Part shown: positions 33,245 through 44,461 of the stretch, one piece after another
Position numbering within the stretch: the stretch's first letter is position 1
Layout of the letters: every line of letters starts with the position of its first letter
Made by a program: the position numbers and the translations under genes
Notes under the pieces: generated by a model
What the model was told of the DNA's origin: nothing
Seen by the model: only the letters and a program-made list of their open reading frames with translations
Database searches by the model: none
DNA from: an uncultured Lachnospiraceae bacterium
GTDB taxonomy: Bacteria > Bacillota > Clostridia > TANB77 > CAG-508
Reading direction: 5' to 3'
NCBI GenBank assembly: GCA_945917765.1
Contig: CAMEHU010000004.1
Coordinates: forward strand, 14,925 to 78,924
DNA length: 64,000 bases

Positions 33245-34673
33245 AAAATTATTAACTGCCATCGGTAATCCTATATTAAACAATGAATTAAAAAATATTG
33301 AAGAAATAAATGTTGTTAATAATGATATACAATATCAAGAAGGTATTTTTGAAAATTTAGAAAAAGATTCAAATATAGATTTTATTATTTTAAGTCAATT
33401 AATTCCAGGAAATTTAAAATTAAAAGAATTAATTGAAAAAATACAAATAATTAATAAAAAAATAAAAATTATTTTAATATTGGAAAGTTATGATAGTGAA
33501 AACGAGCAAATTCTTATGGAAAAAGGGGTTTATAGAATTATTTATGATAATAAAATAGAAATAAAAGATATTATAAAAATAATAAATGAAGACGAAAAAA
33601 TGGAAAAATATAATGAGGAAATTAGAAGGGAAATTAATGAATTAAAAGAATATATAAAAAATAATAATATTAATAACAAAATAAAAAATAATAAAAAAAT
33701 TATTAATTTAAAAATAAATAATAAAAATAATAAAATCAACAATAAAAAAATATTTATAAAATTAAATAAAAAAATAATAATGATAAAAAATAAATTAATA
33801 AGAAAAATATTAAATAATATTATTATAAATAAATGCAAAAAAAATAAAAATAAATTTTTTAATAATATTTTTAATAACAATAAAAAAAATAATAATATTA
33901 AAATAAATAATAGGTCATATTTAAAAATAATTAATAAAAACAATTTTAAAAATGAGGTATTAATTAATAAAAATAATAGAATTATTTCAATACTTGGAAA
34001 TAATGGCTCAGGAAAAAGTATTGTGTCAATAATGCTTTCAAAAGCATTAAAAAGGAATAATAAAAAAATATTAATTATTGACTTTGATGTTTTAAATAAT
34101 AGTTTACACACATTATTAGGTGTAAAAAAATATTCAGAAAAAATCAAGAATAAATTAAATAATAATTTTAAGGATTTAAAAATCGAAGATTTAATTATAA
34201 AAATTAATAAAAATATTGATCTTGTTTCTAGTATTAATTTGATATTTAAAAATAATAAAAAAATAGAAGAAAATGAATTAAAAAATATTTTTTTAGAATT
34301 CTTAAAAATATATGATTTTATAATTGTTGATACTACATCGGAATGTTTTTTTGAATACACAAAAGAAATAATGAAATTAAGTGATTTATGTTATTTTATT
34401 ACAGAAGCAAATCTATCTGAAATTAGTAAAAGTAAAAGATATTTAGAATTCTATAGTCTATGGAATATTAATAACAAAAAAATAAAAATATTATTTAATA
34501 AATATAATAATAATTGTATAGATTTAAAATTATTAAAAAAATTATATTTAGATTATGAAATTGTTGGATGTCTTAAATACGAAAATATATACAATTTAAT
34601 TATTAATAATAATTTTAAAAATATTTTTATAAATAATAGACTATTAAATAAATATAAAAAAATAAAAATTTAA
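33225..34673 (+). CDS. TadZ/CpaE-like protein: receiver-like N-domain, N/K-rich low-complexity linker, MinD/ParA-type ATPase
   Basis: C-terminal part has deviant Walker A ILGNNGSGKSIVS and LIIDFD. The N-terminal 120 aa has a receiver-like alternating pattern. About 110 aa of N/K/I repeats lie between them. Confidence 0.6.
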   Translation: MGVKIIKKLLTAIGNPILNNELKNIEEINVVNNDIQYQEGIFENLEKDSNIDFIILSQLIPGNLKLKELIEKIQIINKKIKIILILESYDSENEQILMEKGVYRIIYDNKIEIKDIIKIINEDEKMEKYNEEIRREINELKEYIKNNNINNKIKNNKKIINLKINNKNNKINNKKIFIKLNKKIIMIKNKLIRKILNNIIINKCKKNKNKFFNNIFNNNKKNNNIKINNRSYLKIINKNNFKNEVLINKNNRIISILGNNGSGKSIVSIMLSKALKRNNKKILIIDFDVLNNSLHTLLGVKKYSEKIKNKLNNNFKDLKIEDLIIKINKNIDLVSSINLIFKNNKKIEENELKNIFLEFLKIYDFIIVDTTSECFFEYTKEIMKLSDLCYFITEANLSEISKSKRYLEFYSLWNINNKKIKILFNKYNNNCIDLKLLKKLYLDYEIVGCLKYENIYNLIINNNFKNIFINNRLLNKYKKIKI

Positions 34674-34739
34674 CAATAAAATAACAAAAATTATTCATAG
34701 TTTTTAGATAATTTATTTTTAATTATAAAGGAGGACATT

Positions 34740-35462
34740 ATGGAACTTTTAGAAAACATAAATGAATTAGGAAATAAGATCGGAAACGATATTGAATTAA
34801 TTAAAGAACAAGATAATTTTTTGAAATCAAATATTGGAAATGCTATAAATTATGCAGTTGATATTGGATTAAAGGCAATATTGCCAGATTTTGTAGAAAA
34901 TGAAGTAATTGACGTAAAAAATTCTTTAATTACGGGAGGCTTAGAAGAAGGCATAAATTCGGCTTTGGAAAATGCAATTAATTTAGGTAAAAAAGCTTTA
35001 GGGTTGAGTAATACAGCATATCAAACCATAGAACAGGCAGAAAATACCATAAAAAAAGGTGGACTAGCTAGCGGAATTTCCGATGGAATTGATATTGTTT
35101 TAAATAACTTATCAAAGAAAAATATTATATCTGAAAATATTACAACATTAATAAAAAATGGGAAAGATATATTATTAAATAATGTAGATAAAAATATTAA
35201 TAATGAATTTAACAATCAAATAAAAGCATGTGAAAAAATCGAAAAATATATAGAAAATTGGGAAAAATCATATAGAAAAAAAGATGTTGAATCATTAAAT
35301 AAAGAATATAATAAAATAGAAAAACAAATGAAAAAAATATTGCCTTTAGAAAATTTAATAAATAATGTTAATAAAATACGTAATTTAAACAATATGATAA
35401 AAGACAATGAAAATTTTGATTTTAGTAGTGTATATTTGGATTTGGCAAAAAAATTTAATTAA
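34740..35462 (+). CDS. Hypothetical helical protein (240 aa)
   Basis: Clean ORF with AGGAGG RBS. Gly/Asn-rich amphipathic N-half, coiled-coil-like K/E-rich C-half. No family recognised. Confidence 0.55.
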   Translation: MELLENINELGNKIGNDIELIKEQDNFLKSNIGNAINYAVDIGLKAILPDFVENEVIDVKNSLITGGLEEGINSALENAINLGKKALGLSNTAYQTIEQAENTIKKGGLASGISDGIDIVLNNLSKKNIISENITTLIKNGKDILLNNVDKNINNEFNNQIKACEKIEKYIENWEKSYRKKDVESLNKEYNKIEKQMKKILPLENLINNVNKIRNLNNMIKDNENFDFSSVYLDLAKKFN

Positions 35463-35633
35463 TTATCAGTAATTTATTTATTTAAAAAAATAATTATTTC
35501 TTAATAAAATTCACAACAAATTAAATTACAATACAAATAAAAAAAATATAAAAAATAATAAAATAAAAAATAATAATTATAAATAATAAATTATAAATAA
35601 CAAATAGAAAAAAATGAAAAATAATGAAATAGA

Positions 35634-35884
35634 AAAAATACTGCATCTGAAAGTTACTCTATAAAAAATATATTAATAAATAATTGATAATAAAAAACAA
35701 ATAAAAAAGAAAATATTAAAAATATGAAAAATTATTGGTTAATAGTTTGTAATTAAATCTATTTTGAATTAAATTTTTTTGAATTAATTTAGTCTATTAA
35801 AAATCTAATTTCTATCCTGTGTAAATCAATTTTATCAAATGAATTTGTTCTTTTTATAGAGTAACTTTCAGATGCAGTATTTTT
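35634..35884. repeat. Inverted repeat: perfect 34-bp arms separated by 183 bp of AT-rich DNA
   Basis: 35634-35667 (aaaaatactgcatctgaaagttactctataaaaa) is the exact reverse complement of 35851-35884. Confidence 0.85.
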
Positions 35885-35992
35885 ATTAAAAATACCAAAA
35901 AAGTTACGGAAATTTGAGTTTTCTTATTGCATAATTTTTTATGATTTAGTATAATACAAGGAGTGAATTACACTAGAAAAGAGGTAGAAAAT

Positions 35993-38437
35993 ATGGATTC
36001 AAACGATGGAAAGATAATACAAAGAGATATTGAAACAGAGATGAAAACATCATATATCGATTATGCAATGAGTGTTATTGTTTCTCGTGCTTTACCAGAT
36101 GTAAGAGATGGTTTAAAACCTGTTCATAGAAGAATTTTATATGCAATGTATGAAGATGGAATAACATCTGACAAGCCATATAGAAAATGTGCAAATACTG
36201 TTGGATCAGTTTTAGGACGTTATCATCCTCATGGTGATTCTTCTGTTTATGATGCAATGGTAAGAATGGCTCAAGACTTCTCAATGAGATATCCTTTGGT
36301 TGATGGTCATGGTAACTTTGGTTCTATAGATGGAGATGGAGCAGCTGCGATGAGGTATACTGAAGCAAGAATGGCAAAAATCTCAGAATTAATGTTAACA
36401 GATATTGAAAAAAATACTGTTAATTTTATGCCAAACTATGATGAAAGATTACAAGAACCTACAGTTTTACCTTCTAAAATTCCTGCTTTATTAATAAATG
36501 GTTCATCAGGAATTGCTGTTGGTATGGCAACTAATGTACCACCACACAATCTTACAGAAGTTATAAACGGAATAATAAAAATAATAGATGAAGATAATGT
36601 TACAGATGAAGAATTAATGCAAATAATTAAAGGACCAGATTTCCCAACAGGTGGTGTTATTCTTGGGCACGAAGGAATTAAGCAAGCATATACAACAGGT
36701 AGAGGTAAAATTACTGTTAGAGCAGAAGCTGAAATAGAGGAAATGAGTGGAAATAAACAAAGAATTATTGTTACATCACTTCCTTACCAAGTAAATAAGG
36801 CAAAATTAGTAGAGAATATTGCTTCATTAGCTAGGGAAAAAAGAATTGAAGGAATTTCTGATTTAAGAGATGAATCTGACAGAATAGATAAAGTTAGAAT
36901 TGTAATTGAATTAAAAAGAGATGCAAATGCACAAGTTGTTTTAAATCAATTATATAAATTTACACAAATGCAAGATACTTTTGGTGCAATTTTATTAGCA
37001 TTAGTTAATGGTGAACCTAAAATTTTAACTTTAAGGCAATGTTTAGATTATTATATTGATCATAGAAAAGATGTTATTTTACGTAGAACACAATTCGAAT
37101 TAGATAAAGCATTAGCAAGAGCGCATATTTTAGAAGGTTTAAAAATTGCATTAGATAATATTGATGAAGTAATTAATATTATTCGTTCTTCTTATGATGA
37201 TCCAAAAGAAAGATTAATGGAAAGATTTGGATTAACTGATATTCAAGCTCAAGCTATTTTGGACATGAGATTAAAAACTTTATCAGGATTACAAAGAGAA
37301 AAAATCGAAGATGAATACAATGAATTAATGAAATTAATAGCACATTTAAGAGAAATTTTAAATAGTGAAAGATTAGTATTCGATATTATTAAAGAGGAAT
37401 TGACAGAAATTAAACAAAAATATGGTGATGAAAGATTAACAAAAATAGTTGCTGCAGAAGGTGAGTTTAACGTTGATGATCTTATAAAAGATGAGCAAAC
37501 TGTTGTAGCCCTAACACATTTTGGATATATTAAAAGAATGCCAATTGATACATATAAGAGTCAAAGAAGAGGTGGTAAAGGAATTACAGGAATTGCTACT
37601 AGAGAAGAAGATTTTGTTAAACAAATATTTACAGCATCTACACATGATACAATTTTATTCTTTAGCAATAAAGGAAAATTGTATAAATTAAGAGGTTATG
37701 AAATTCCTGAAGCTGGTAGAACCGCAAAGGGAACAGCAATTGTTAATTTATTAAGACTTGACAATGGCGAAAAAATATCTGCTGTTATTCCATTACAAAA
37801 CTTTGCTGAAGGTAAATATTTATTAATGGCTACTAAAAATGGTTTAATTAAGAAAACAGCTTTAAATGAATATAGCTCTAATAAAAAGACAGGTTTACTT
37901 GCTATTACATTAAAAGAAGATGACGAGTTAATAGATGTTAGATTAACTGATGGTGAAGATAATGTTGTTTTAGTAACAAGCAAAGGTATGTGTATTACAT
38001 TTGATGAAAAAGATGTAAGACCTGTTGGAAGATCTGCACAAGGTGTTCTTGGAATAAGATTAGACAAAGACGATTTCGTAATTGGTATGGAATCAATCAT
38101 AGGTGGAAAGAACGCAACACTTTTAGCGATTACAGAACACGGATTTGGAAAAAGAACAGAATTAGAAGAATACAGAGTTCAAAATAGAGGTGGTAAAGGA
38201 GTTATTACATACAAAATTACACCAAAAACAGGTAATATTGTTGGAATTAGAATCGCAAATGGTGATGAAGATGTAATGATGATTACAGACAAGGGAACAA
38301 TAATTAGATTAAATGTTTCTGAAGTTAGTGTTCTTGGTAGATCAACACAAGGTGTTACTCTAATGAGAACAAATGATGGCGGTAAAGTAGTTAGCATTGA
38401 AATTATTGCACCAGAAGTTCAAGCCGAAGATGAATAA
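35993..38437 (+). CDS. gyrA: DNA gyrase subunit A
   Basis: [26 protein letters not shown], catalytic-Tyr region [11 protein letters not shown]-terminal beta-pinwheel repeats. ATG 35993 after AAGAGG RBS. Confidence 0.97.
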   Translation: MDSNDGKIIQRDIETEMKTSYIDYAMSVIVSRALPDVRDGLKPVHRRILYAMYEDGITSDKPYRKCANTVGSVLGRYHPHGDSSVYDAMVRMAQDFSMRYPLVDGHGNFGSIDGDGAAAMRYTEARMAKISELMLTDIEKNTVNFMPNYDERLQEPTVLPSKIPALLINGSSGIAVGMATNVPPHNLTEVINGIIKIIDEDNVTDEELMQIIKGPDFPTGGVILGHEGIKQAYTTGRGKITVRAEAEIEEMSGNKQRIIVTSLPYQVNKAKLVENIASLAREKRIEGISDLRDESDRIDKVRIVIELKRDANAQVVLNQLYKFTQMQDTFGAILLALVNGEPKILTLRQCLDYYIDHRKDVILRRTQFELDKALARAHILEGLKIALDNIDEVINIIRSSYDDPKERLMERFGLTDIQAQAILDMRLKTLSGLQREKIEDEYNELMKLIAHLREILNSERLVFDIIKEELTEIKQKYGDERLTKIVAAEGEFNVDDLIKDEQTVVALTHFGYIKRMPIDTYKSQRRGGKGITGIATREEDFVKQIFTASTHDTILFFSNKGKLYKLRGYEIPEAGRTAKGTAIVNLLRLDNGEKISAVIPLQNFAEGKYLLMATKNGLIKKTALNEYSSNKKTGLLAITLKEDDELIDVRLTDGEDNVVLVTSKGMCITFDEKDVRPVGRSAQGVLGIRLDKDDFVIGMESIIGGKNATLLAITEHGFGKRTELEEYRVQNRGGKGVITYKITPKTGNIVGIRIANGDEDVMMITDKGTIIRLNVSEVSVLGRSTQGVTLMRTNDGGKVVSIEIIAPEVQAEDE

Positions 38438-38480
38438 TTCTTACGGAATTATTATAAAAAGAAATTACAAATATTAATAA

Positions 38481-38518
38481 AAAATACACTAAATAATTTT
38501 TATTTAGTGTATTTTTTT
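38481..38518 (+). terminator. Rho-independent terminator of gyrA
   Basis: aaaatacactaaata / tatttagtgtatttt stem followed by T-run. Confidence 0.8.
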
Positions 38519-38548
38519 ATAATTAATAGAGAATAAAAATTTTATTTT

Positions 38549-39562
38549 TTAATTCATAAATCTGATATCATCTCCAAAAAATCTACAAATATTATAATTT
38601 CCAATTAATCTTGAAGTTATTCTCTCTCCGTAGGTTTTGTTGAGAATCGGAAGACTTAAATTTGTTGAAATTATTGTTTTTAAACATTTATTATTTTGAT
38701 TTAATAATCTAGTGTTTATAATATTAAATAATTCTGTAAATTTAATATTATTTAGAGATTCTGTTCCCAAATCATCAATTATTAATAAATCAACATCTAA
38801 TAAATTTTTATAAGTAATATCTGATGATGTATTTTTATTAAATTTATAATCAATTATTGTGTCAAGCATAATAGGCGCAGTTTGGTATAATACGTTTTTA
38901 TCTTTTTGTATTATTTCTTTTGCAATACAACTAGATAAAAATGTTTTTCCTAGTCCTGTTGTTCCAGTGAACAATAGATTCTTTTCATTAGGGTCATCAA
39001 AATTATTAATAAAATTTAAACATATATTTTTTATTAAATTAATATTTTCCCTAGGAGAAATTTCTGAATTATATTTTTCTTTATTTACTTGATTAGAATA
39101 TTTCTCAAGCGAAAAATTTTCAAAATTTTGTTTTTCCAAATTAGCAATATTTGATTTATTATACTCAATATTAAAAATTTCTTGTTTTAAGCAATTACAC
39201 ATTTCAGAAGAATTATTAATTTGAACATATCCTGTGTCATTACAAGATTTACATGAATAATTAGGTAATAAATAATCCTTTGGCAAATTTAAATTATTTA
39301 TTATTTCATTTTTTTCAGATTTTAGTATTTCTATTTTTTGATTTAAATCTTGCAATAATTGCTTTGAATTTGACATTATTAATGCTTTAGCTGTTGAGAT
39401 GCCTATTTTAGATAATTCATCATCAATTTCTTGTAATCTAGGGTTTTCCATATATAATTTGTTTTTTCTATATTCTAAATCTTTTTCCGCAGTTATTCTT
39501 TTTCTTTCATAATCTTTTAGTAAGTTTGTTAAAATTGTAGAATTCATATATATCACATCCAT
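38549..39562 (-). CDS. DnaC/DnaI-like replicative helicase loader ATPase
   Basis: Walker A FTGTTGLGKTF, Walker B LLIIDDLGTE, N-terminal Zn-like CKSCNDTGY...CNC; follows a DnaD-domain gene. Confidence 0.8.
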   Translation of the reverse strand: MDVIYMNSTILTNLLKDYERKRITAEKDLEYRKNKLYMENPRLQEIDDELSKIGISTAKALIMSNSKQLLQDLNQKIEILKSEKNEIINNLNLPKDYLLPNYSCKSCNDTGYVQINNSSEMCNCLKQEIFNIEYNKSNIANLEKQNFENFSLEKYSNQVNKEKYNSEISPRENINLIKNICLNFINNFDDPNEKNLLFTGTTGLGKTFLSSCIAKEIIQKDKNVLYQTAPIMLDTIIDYKFNKNTSSDITYKNLLDVDLLIIDDLGTESLNNIKFTELFNIINTRLLNQNNKCLKTIISTNLSLPILNKTYGERITSRLIGNYNICRFFGDDIRFMN

Positions 39563-39629
39563 TCTTTTATTAAAGCATTATAAATATTATTATTTATAAT
39601 GCTTTAGAAATATTTATTAAATTTTACCA

Positions 39630-40781
39630 TTATTGATTATTATTTGTAAAATTACTTAAGGGATTTAAACCATCAATATTTTTATTTTTTAAGTTTGAAT
39701 TATTATTACTAGTATTATTAAAATTGTTAATATTTATAATATTACTATCAGCATTTATAGCGTTGTTGATTTCAAGATTATTAGCAATTTTGTTGTCTTT
39801 AATATTATTTAAATTAATATTATTATTTGCATAAAAATTATCCCAATTAGAGAAATCCCTTTGTTCGTAATTATTATAGCCAGTTTGCTTTTCTAATTTT
39901 TTTATGCTTTGATTTTTATTTTTTGTTTCTAACAAATAAGAATTAACTTCTGCAGGAGTTTTTAGTTTTCTTTCATGCCAATCTGTTAATATCTTATCAA
40001 GATAATCAAAATTAAAATTAGATTTTGCTGTTGTTTTTTTCAAAGCAATTTCTATAATATCAAAATTAAATCCATACTCTAAATTCCATCTAGAAACATA
40101 GCCTTCTTCATATTGAGATAATTGTCTGTTTAAATTTAATTTTTTAGAAATAGTATTAGCAATATTTTTTAATTTTTCTTGCTTTTCAAAATATATTTCC
40201 AAATCATTAAAGGTTTTAATATTACTATGTGACCAGGCTTCTGCTACTGTTTGAATATAGTTTCTATGTAAAGCTGAACGATTAAAGCAATATCTAAATA
40301 ATGCAATCATAACTTCTTCATCAAATTTGTATTTTTTAAACCACAAATCAATATCACTATACCATGAAGGAGACATGATTCCTTGGAAAAATTCATTATT
40401 AATATTATCAATTGCCTTTGATCGATATTGATTTTTAGCAGTTTTTTCCAATTCTTCAGGTGATGAAGTGATTTTAGGATTATATAATTTATGTAATTCT
40501 ATTTCTTGTAAATTATTTAATATATACTCTGTATTTTTCTTAGTAATTACATGTTGTTCTTCCCAAAATTTAATTCCATCTTGAATAGTTTTTAATGGAA
40601 GTTGTAATTTTTTTGCTAAATCATTAACTTTTATGTCTTTTCCGTATTTTGCTAGAAATACCATATATAGATATATTTTTACATAATTACCATCTGCATA
40701 TGATAAATACTCAGTAAAAAATATATCTGGCAATGTTGTTGTTGAAAATATAAATGGTATATCATTTTGTTCTAATTTCAT
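39630..40781 (-). CDS. DnaD-domain replication initiation protein with N-rich C-terminal tail
   Basis: Winged-helix N-terminus and DnaD/DnaB_2-like repeats (...NYIQTVAEAWSHSNIKT..., ...YLDKILTDWHERKLKT...). The last 70 aa or so are Asn-rich low complexity. Confidence 0.65.
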   Translation of the reverse strand: MKLEQNDIPFIFSTTTLPDIFFTEYLSYADGNYVKIYLYMVFLAKYGKDIKVNDLAKKLQLPLKTIQDGIKFWEEQHVITKKNTEYILNNLQEIELHKLYNPKITSSPEELEKTAKNQYRSKAIDNINNEFFQGIMSPSWYSDIDLWFKKYKFDEEVMIALFRYCFNRSALHRNYIQTVAEAWSHSNIKTFNDLEIYFEKQEKLKNIANTISKKLNLNRQLSQYEEGYVSRWNLEYGFNFDIIEIALKKTTAKSNFNFDYLDKILTDWHERKLKTPAEVNSYLLETKNKNQSIKKLEKQTGYNNYEQRDFSNWDNFYANNNINLNNIKDNKIANNLEINNAINADSNIININNFNNTSNNNSNLKNKNIDGLNPLSNFTNNNQ

Positions 40782-40941
40782 ATTACTCCCCCCATTACAA
40801 ATTTGGTCAAATTATATCATTAAAAATCGAATTCTACAATACTAAAACAGAAATTTGGGATTTAATTTGTTACAGAATTGTAATGCAAAGTATAGAATTA
40901 GATGATTTTGGAAAAAATTAAGTTAAGGGAGGATATAAAAA

Positions 40942-42099
40942 ATGTATATTTATTCTCAAAAAAGTAAAAAAATTAAACGTGTGTTATTAATCATATCAAT
41001 TGTGATAATAATGCTCTTATTCTTTTTTAGACTATATCAAATTTATGCAAAAATTGAGATAGTGGATTATAGTAAAGAAAATGTAAAAAGTGAGCAAAGT
41101 ATCAGAGAAAAGAATATAGAAGATTTAACAATTACAGAAATGCTTGAAAACACTACGGAAACTGTTGTTGGAGTATCAAAATTAAAAGATAATGGCAATA
41201 CAGTTTTTACACAAGATGGTGTTGCAAAAATGGGAATAGGAAGTGGAGTAATAGTTTCTGAAAAAGGATATATTCTTACAAACGAACATGTTTCAGGACC
41301 TGCAAAAAGCACTTGCTATATCACAATGTCAGATGGGAAAAATTATAAAGCAAATGTTGAATGGGCAGACTCAAATTTAGATTTAGCAATAGTAAAAGTA
41401 AATTTAAAATGTTTAAACTATGCAAAACTAGGAGATTCGGAACAAATAAAAGTTGGTCAAACCGTATATGCAATAGGAAATCCAATAGGATTTGAATTTC
41501 AAAAAACAGTTACATCAGGAATTGTGAGCGCATTAAATAGAACGATTATTTTTAAAGAAAATGAACAAGTAATAGAATATTCAAAAGATGATAAAAATGA
41601 AAATACCATATTCATGTCGAATTTAATTCAAACAGATGCAACAATCAACCCAGGAAATAGTGGAGGTCCATTAATTAATAATAATGGCGAAATAGTTGGA
41701 ATCAATAGTGTAAAAATTACATCAGCTGAGGGAATAGGATTTGCAGTTCCAATAAATGTTATAAAACCGATTATTAATAAATTTGAAAATGATGGGAAAT
41801 TTGAAGAAGCTAGCATTGGAATTTTTGCATATGATAAAAATGTAATTCCGTATTTAGATTCCAAAATAAATTTCGAATCAGGAATTTATGTTGCACAAAT
41901 TTCAATGGATTCACCAGCATTTACTAGTGGACTTCAAATTGGTGATGTAATTACAAAAATTGATGATATAGAACTAGAAAAAATGAGTGATTTAAGAGAA
42001 TATATATATTCGAAGAATGTGGGAGATACAGTAAAATTATCAATTTACAGGAATAATAGGGAACAGTTAATCGATTTGAAGTTATCTAAGAAGAGATAA
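40942..42099 (+). CDS. htrA: HtrA/DegP-family serine protease with PDZ domain
   Basis: N-terminal TM; catalytic triad contexts TNEHV, DLAIVK, GNSGGPL; C-terminal PDZ. Confidence 0.9.
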   Translation: MYIYSQKSKKIKRVLLIISIVIIMLLFFFRLYQIYAKIEIVDYSKENVKSEQSIREKNIEDLTITEMLENTTETVVGVSKLKDNGNTVFTQDGVAKMGIGSGVIVSEKGYILTNEHVSGPAKSTCYITMSDGKNYKANVEWADSNLDLAIVKVNLKCLNYAKLGDSEQIKVGQTVYAIGNPIGFEFQKTVTSGIVSALNRTIIFKENEQVIEYSKDDKNENTIFMSNLIQTDATINPGNSGGPLINNNGEIVGINSVKITSAEGIGFAVPINVIKPIINKFENDGKFEEASIGIFAYDKNVIPYLDSKINFESGIYVAQISMDSPAFTSGLQIGDVITKIDDIELEKMSDLREYIYSKNVGDTVKLSIYRNNREQLIDLKLSKKR

Positions 42100-42185
42100 A
42101 AAATCTTAAAAAATGAAAAACTTTTTTGAGATATATGTTATAAAAATTAATTATAAAAATTAATTATAAGAATTTGGGAGGAATT

Positions 42186-43694
42186 ATGGATTCTTTATGG
42201 ATTACGGATAGTCGTAAAACGAACTATCCAAAATTAAGCGAAGATATAAGTGCAGATGTGTGTATAATAGGAGGAGGTATTGTTGGGGCAATTACAGCGT
42301 ATTTATTAACCCAGAAAGGTATTAATACTGTAGTTCTAGAAAAAGATAAAATATGTATGGGCGTAACTGCAAACTCAACTGCAAAACTGACAAGCCAACA
42401 TGGATTGTTTTATAATTATTTAGAAAATGAAAAAGGATTAGAATATGCAAAAAAATATTTAGAATCAAATGAAAATGGAATTAAGCTAGCAGAAAAAATT
42501 ATTAATGAAGAAAAAATAGAATGCGATTTTGAAAAACAAGATGCATACGTTTTTGCTACAAACGAAAGTGAAATAAATAAAATAAAAAAAGAAATAGATA
42601 CATTAAATAAAATTAGATTTTCAGCAGAGTTTGAAGAAAACGTTGATATTCCAATAGAAAAAGTTTTGGGAGCAATAAAATTTAAGAATCAAGCTCAATT
42701 TAATTCGAGAAAATATACATTAGGGGTTTTTGAAAAAGCAGTAAATAAAGGATTAAAAATATTTGAAGATAGTAAAGTGGAAAAAATAGAAAAAAAGGAC
42801 GATATATATGTGATAAGCACAAATAATTATTGCGTAAAAGCCAAGAATGTAGTAATAGCAACTCATTATCCAATAAAAAACTTTCCTGGAATGTATTTTA
42901 GTAAAATGTATCAAGATAAATCTTATATAATTGCAGTAGATGTAAATGATGAAAAAATAAAAGATTTTAATGGTATGTATATACAATCATGTGACCCAAT
43001 AATATCGTTTAGAACAGCAAATTATCAAGGGAAAAAATTATTATTAATAGCAGGTTCAGGGCATAAAACTGGAAAGCCTGATGGGAAAATAGAGGATTAT
43101 TATTTAAATTTAGAAAACTATATAAAAGAGTATTATCCGAATGCAGAAGTTGTATTCAAATGGTCAACAGAGGATTGTGTATCTTTAGATAAAATACCAT
43201 ATATAGGCAAATTTTCAAATTTAATGCCTAATATTTATGTGGCAACAGGCTTCAAAAAATGGGGGATGAGTACATCACATGTTGCAGGAAAATTAATAAG
43301 TGATTTAATTACAGGGGAGAAAAACCAATATGAAGATATTTATAGAGCAACCAGATTAGAACCATTGAAAAACATCAAAGAGTTCGGGAATATGATTAAA
43401 GAAAGCACGTATTCATTGTTAATTAATAAAATAAAACCAGCAAGGGAAATATATGATAATATAAAATTAGGTGAGGGTGGAATTGTTGAGATTGATGGCA
43501 AAAAAGTAGGAATATATAAAAGAGAAGATGGGGAAATATTTGCAGTTGAACCATATTGTGGACATTTAGGATGTTTGGTTTCATGGAATAATTTAGAAAA
43601 AACTTGGGATTGTCCATGCCACGGTTCTAGATACGATTATAAAGGGAATATTATTACAGAACCTACGGTTAATGAGCTTAAGAGGATTGAGTAA
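42186..43694 (+). CDS. FAD-dependent oxidoreductase with C-terminal Rieske [2Fe-2S] domain
   Basis: CIIGGGIVGA dinucleotide fold; CGHLGC...CPCHGS Rieske motif; ATG 42186 after GGGAGG. Confidence 0.85.
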   Translation: MDSLWITDSRKTNYPKLSEDISADVCIIGGGIVGAITAYLLTQKGINTVVLEKDKICMGVTANSTAKLTSQHGLFYNYLENEKGLEYAKKYLESNENGIKLAEKIINEEKIECDFEKQDAYVFATNESEINKIKKEIDTLNKIRFSAEFEENVDIPIEKVLGAIKFKNQAQFNSRKYTLGVFEKAVNKGLKIFEDSKVEKIEKKDDIYVISTNNYCVKAKNVVIATHYPIKNFPGMYFSKMYQDKSYIIAVDVNDEKIKDFNGMYIQSCDPIISFRTANYQGKKLLLIAGSGHKTGKPDGKIEDYYLNLENYIKEYYPNAEVVFKWSTEDCVSLDKIPYIGKFSNLMPNIYVATGFKKWGMSTSHVAGKLISDLITGEKNQYEDIYRATRLEPLKNIKEFGNMIKESTYSLLINKIKPAREIYDNIKLGEGGIVEIDGKKVGIYKREDGEIFAVEPYCGHLGCLVSWNNLEKTWDCPCHGSRYDYKGNIITEPTVNELKRIE

Positions 43695-43708
43695 TAAATA
43701 TAAAATTA

Positions 43709-43737
43709 AAATAAAAATAAAATATAAAACATAATGT
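43709..43737. terminator. Bidirectional terminator hairpin
   Basis: aaaatataaaaca / tgttttatatttt palindrome between convergent genes. Confidence 0.6.
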
Positions 43738-43760
43738 TTTATATTTTATTTTTTATTAAT

Positions 43761-44036
43761 TTATAAATTAGTCAAATCGAAAGATGTACTTGATAAAGAT
43801 ATTCCTAAAATTGCAACTAATGCAATCATAATAATTGCAAAAATCAAAGCAAGTAACAATCCGCAGAAAAAAGAGCGTGCATAGTTTCTTCTGTTTATAT
43901 TAGAAGAATCAAATGAAAATATAATTAATAAAATAAAACCAATCAAAGGTATTGAAAATAATAAATTATAACCAAAATAAGCCCATGCTGATAGTGGTCT
44001 ATATTCATTTGGTAATCCTTCTGGATAATTTTGCAT
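43761..44036 (-). CDS. Small membrane protein (two TM)
   Basis: 91 aa with two long hydrophobic segments; GGAGGAAT RBS. Confidence 0.55.
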   Translation of the reverse strand: MQNYPEGLPNEYRPLSAWAYFGYNLLFSIPLIGFILLIIFSFDSSNINRRNYARSFFCGLLLALIFAIIMIALVAILGISLSSTSFDLTNL

Positions 44037-44167
44037 ATCTATTCCTCCTTTTTTTTATTCAAGATGATTTTATCATTTAAATAAAAAAAATACAACAAAA
44101 ATATAAAAATGTCGAAAAAAGTTGTAGAAAAGAAAAAAGAAGACAACTTAAAAATTGTCTCCTTTTT

Positions 44168-44244
<77 letters not shown>

Positions 44245-44385
44245 GAAACTATATAGTATTATAAACTTTTTTTTATAGTATTTCAAGAGAAAATTAAAAT
44301 TTTTATAAATTTTTTTAAAAAACTATTGAAAAATGAAATAGAATATGTTATATTATATTAGTCTAAACAATGTTTAGCCAATAAT

Positions 44386-44461
44386 CGAGGCGTAGCGCAG
44401 TTGGTAGCGCGCGTGGTTTGGGACCATGAGGTCGCAGGTTCGATCCCTGTCGCCTCGACCA
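44386..44461 (+). tRNA. tRNA-Pro (anticodon UGG), encoded CCA
   Basis: CGAGGCG acceptor, anticodon loop TTTGGGA, GGTTCGATCC T-arm, CGCCTCGACCA 3' end. Confidence 0.9.

Noticed and set aside
33542-34360. 272-aa antisense ORF inside the TadZ-like gene
   Set aside because: It is the reverse complement of the N/K-rich low-complexity linker (poly F/L/I product). The sense strand carries the Walker A ATPase.
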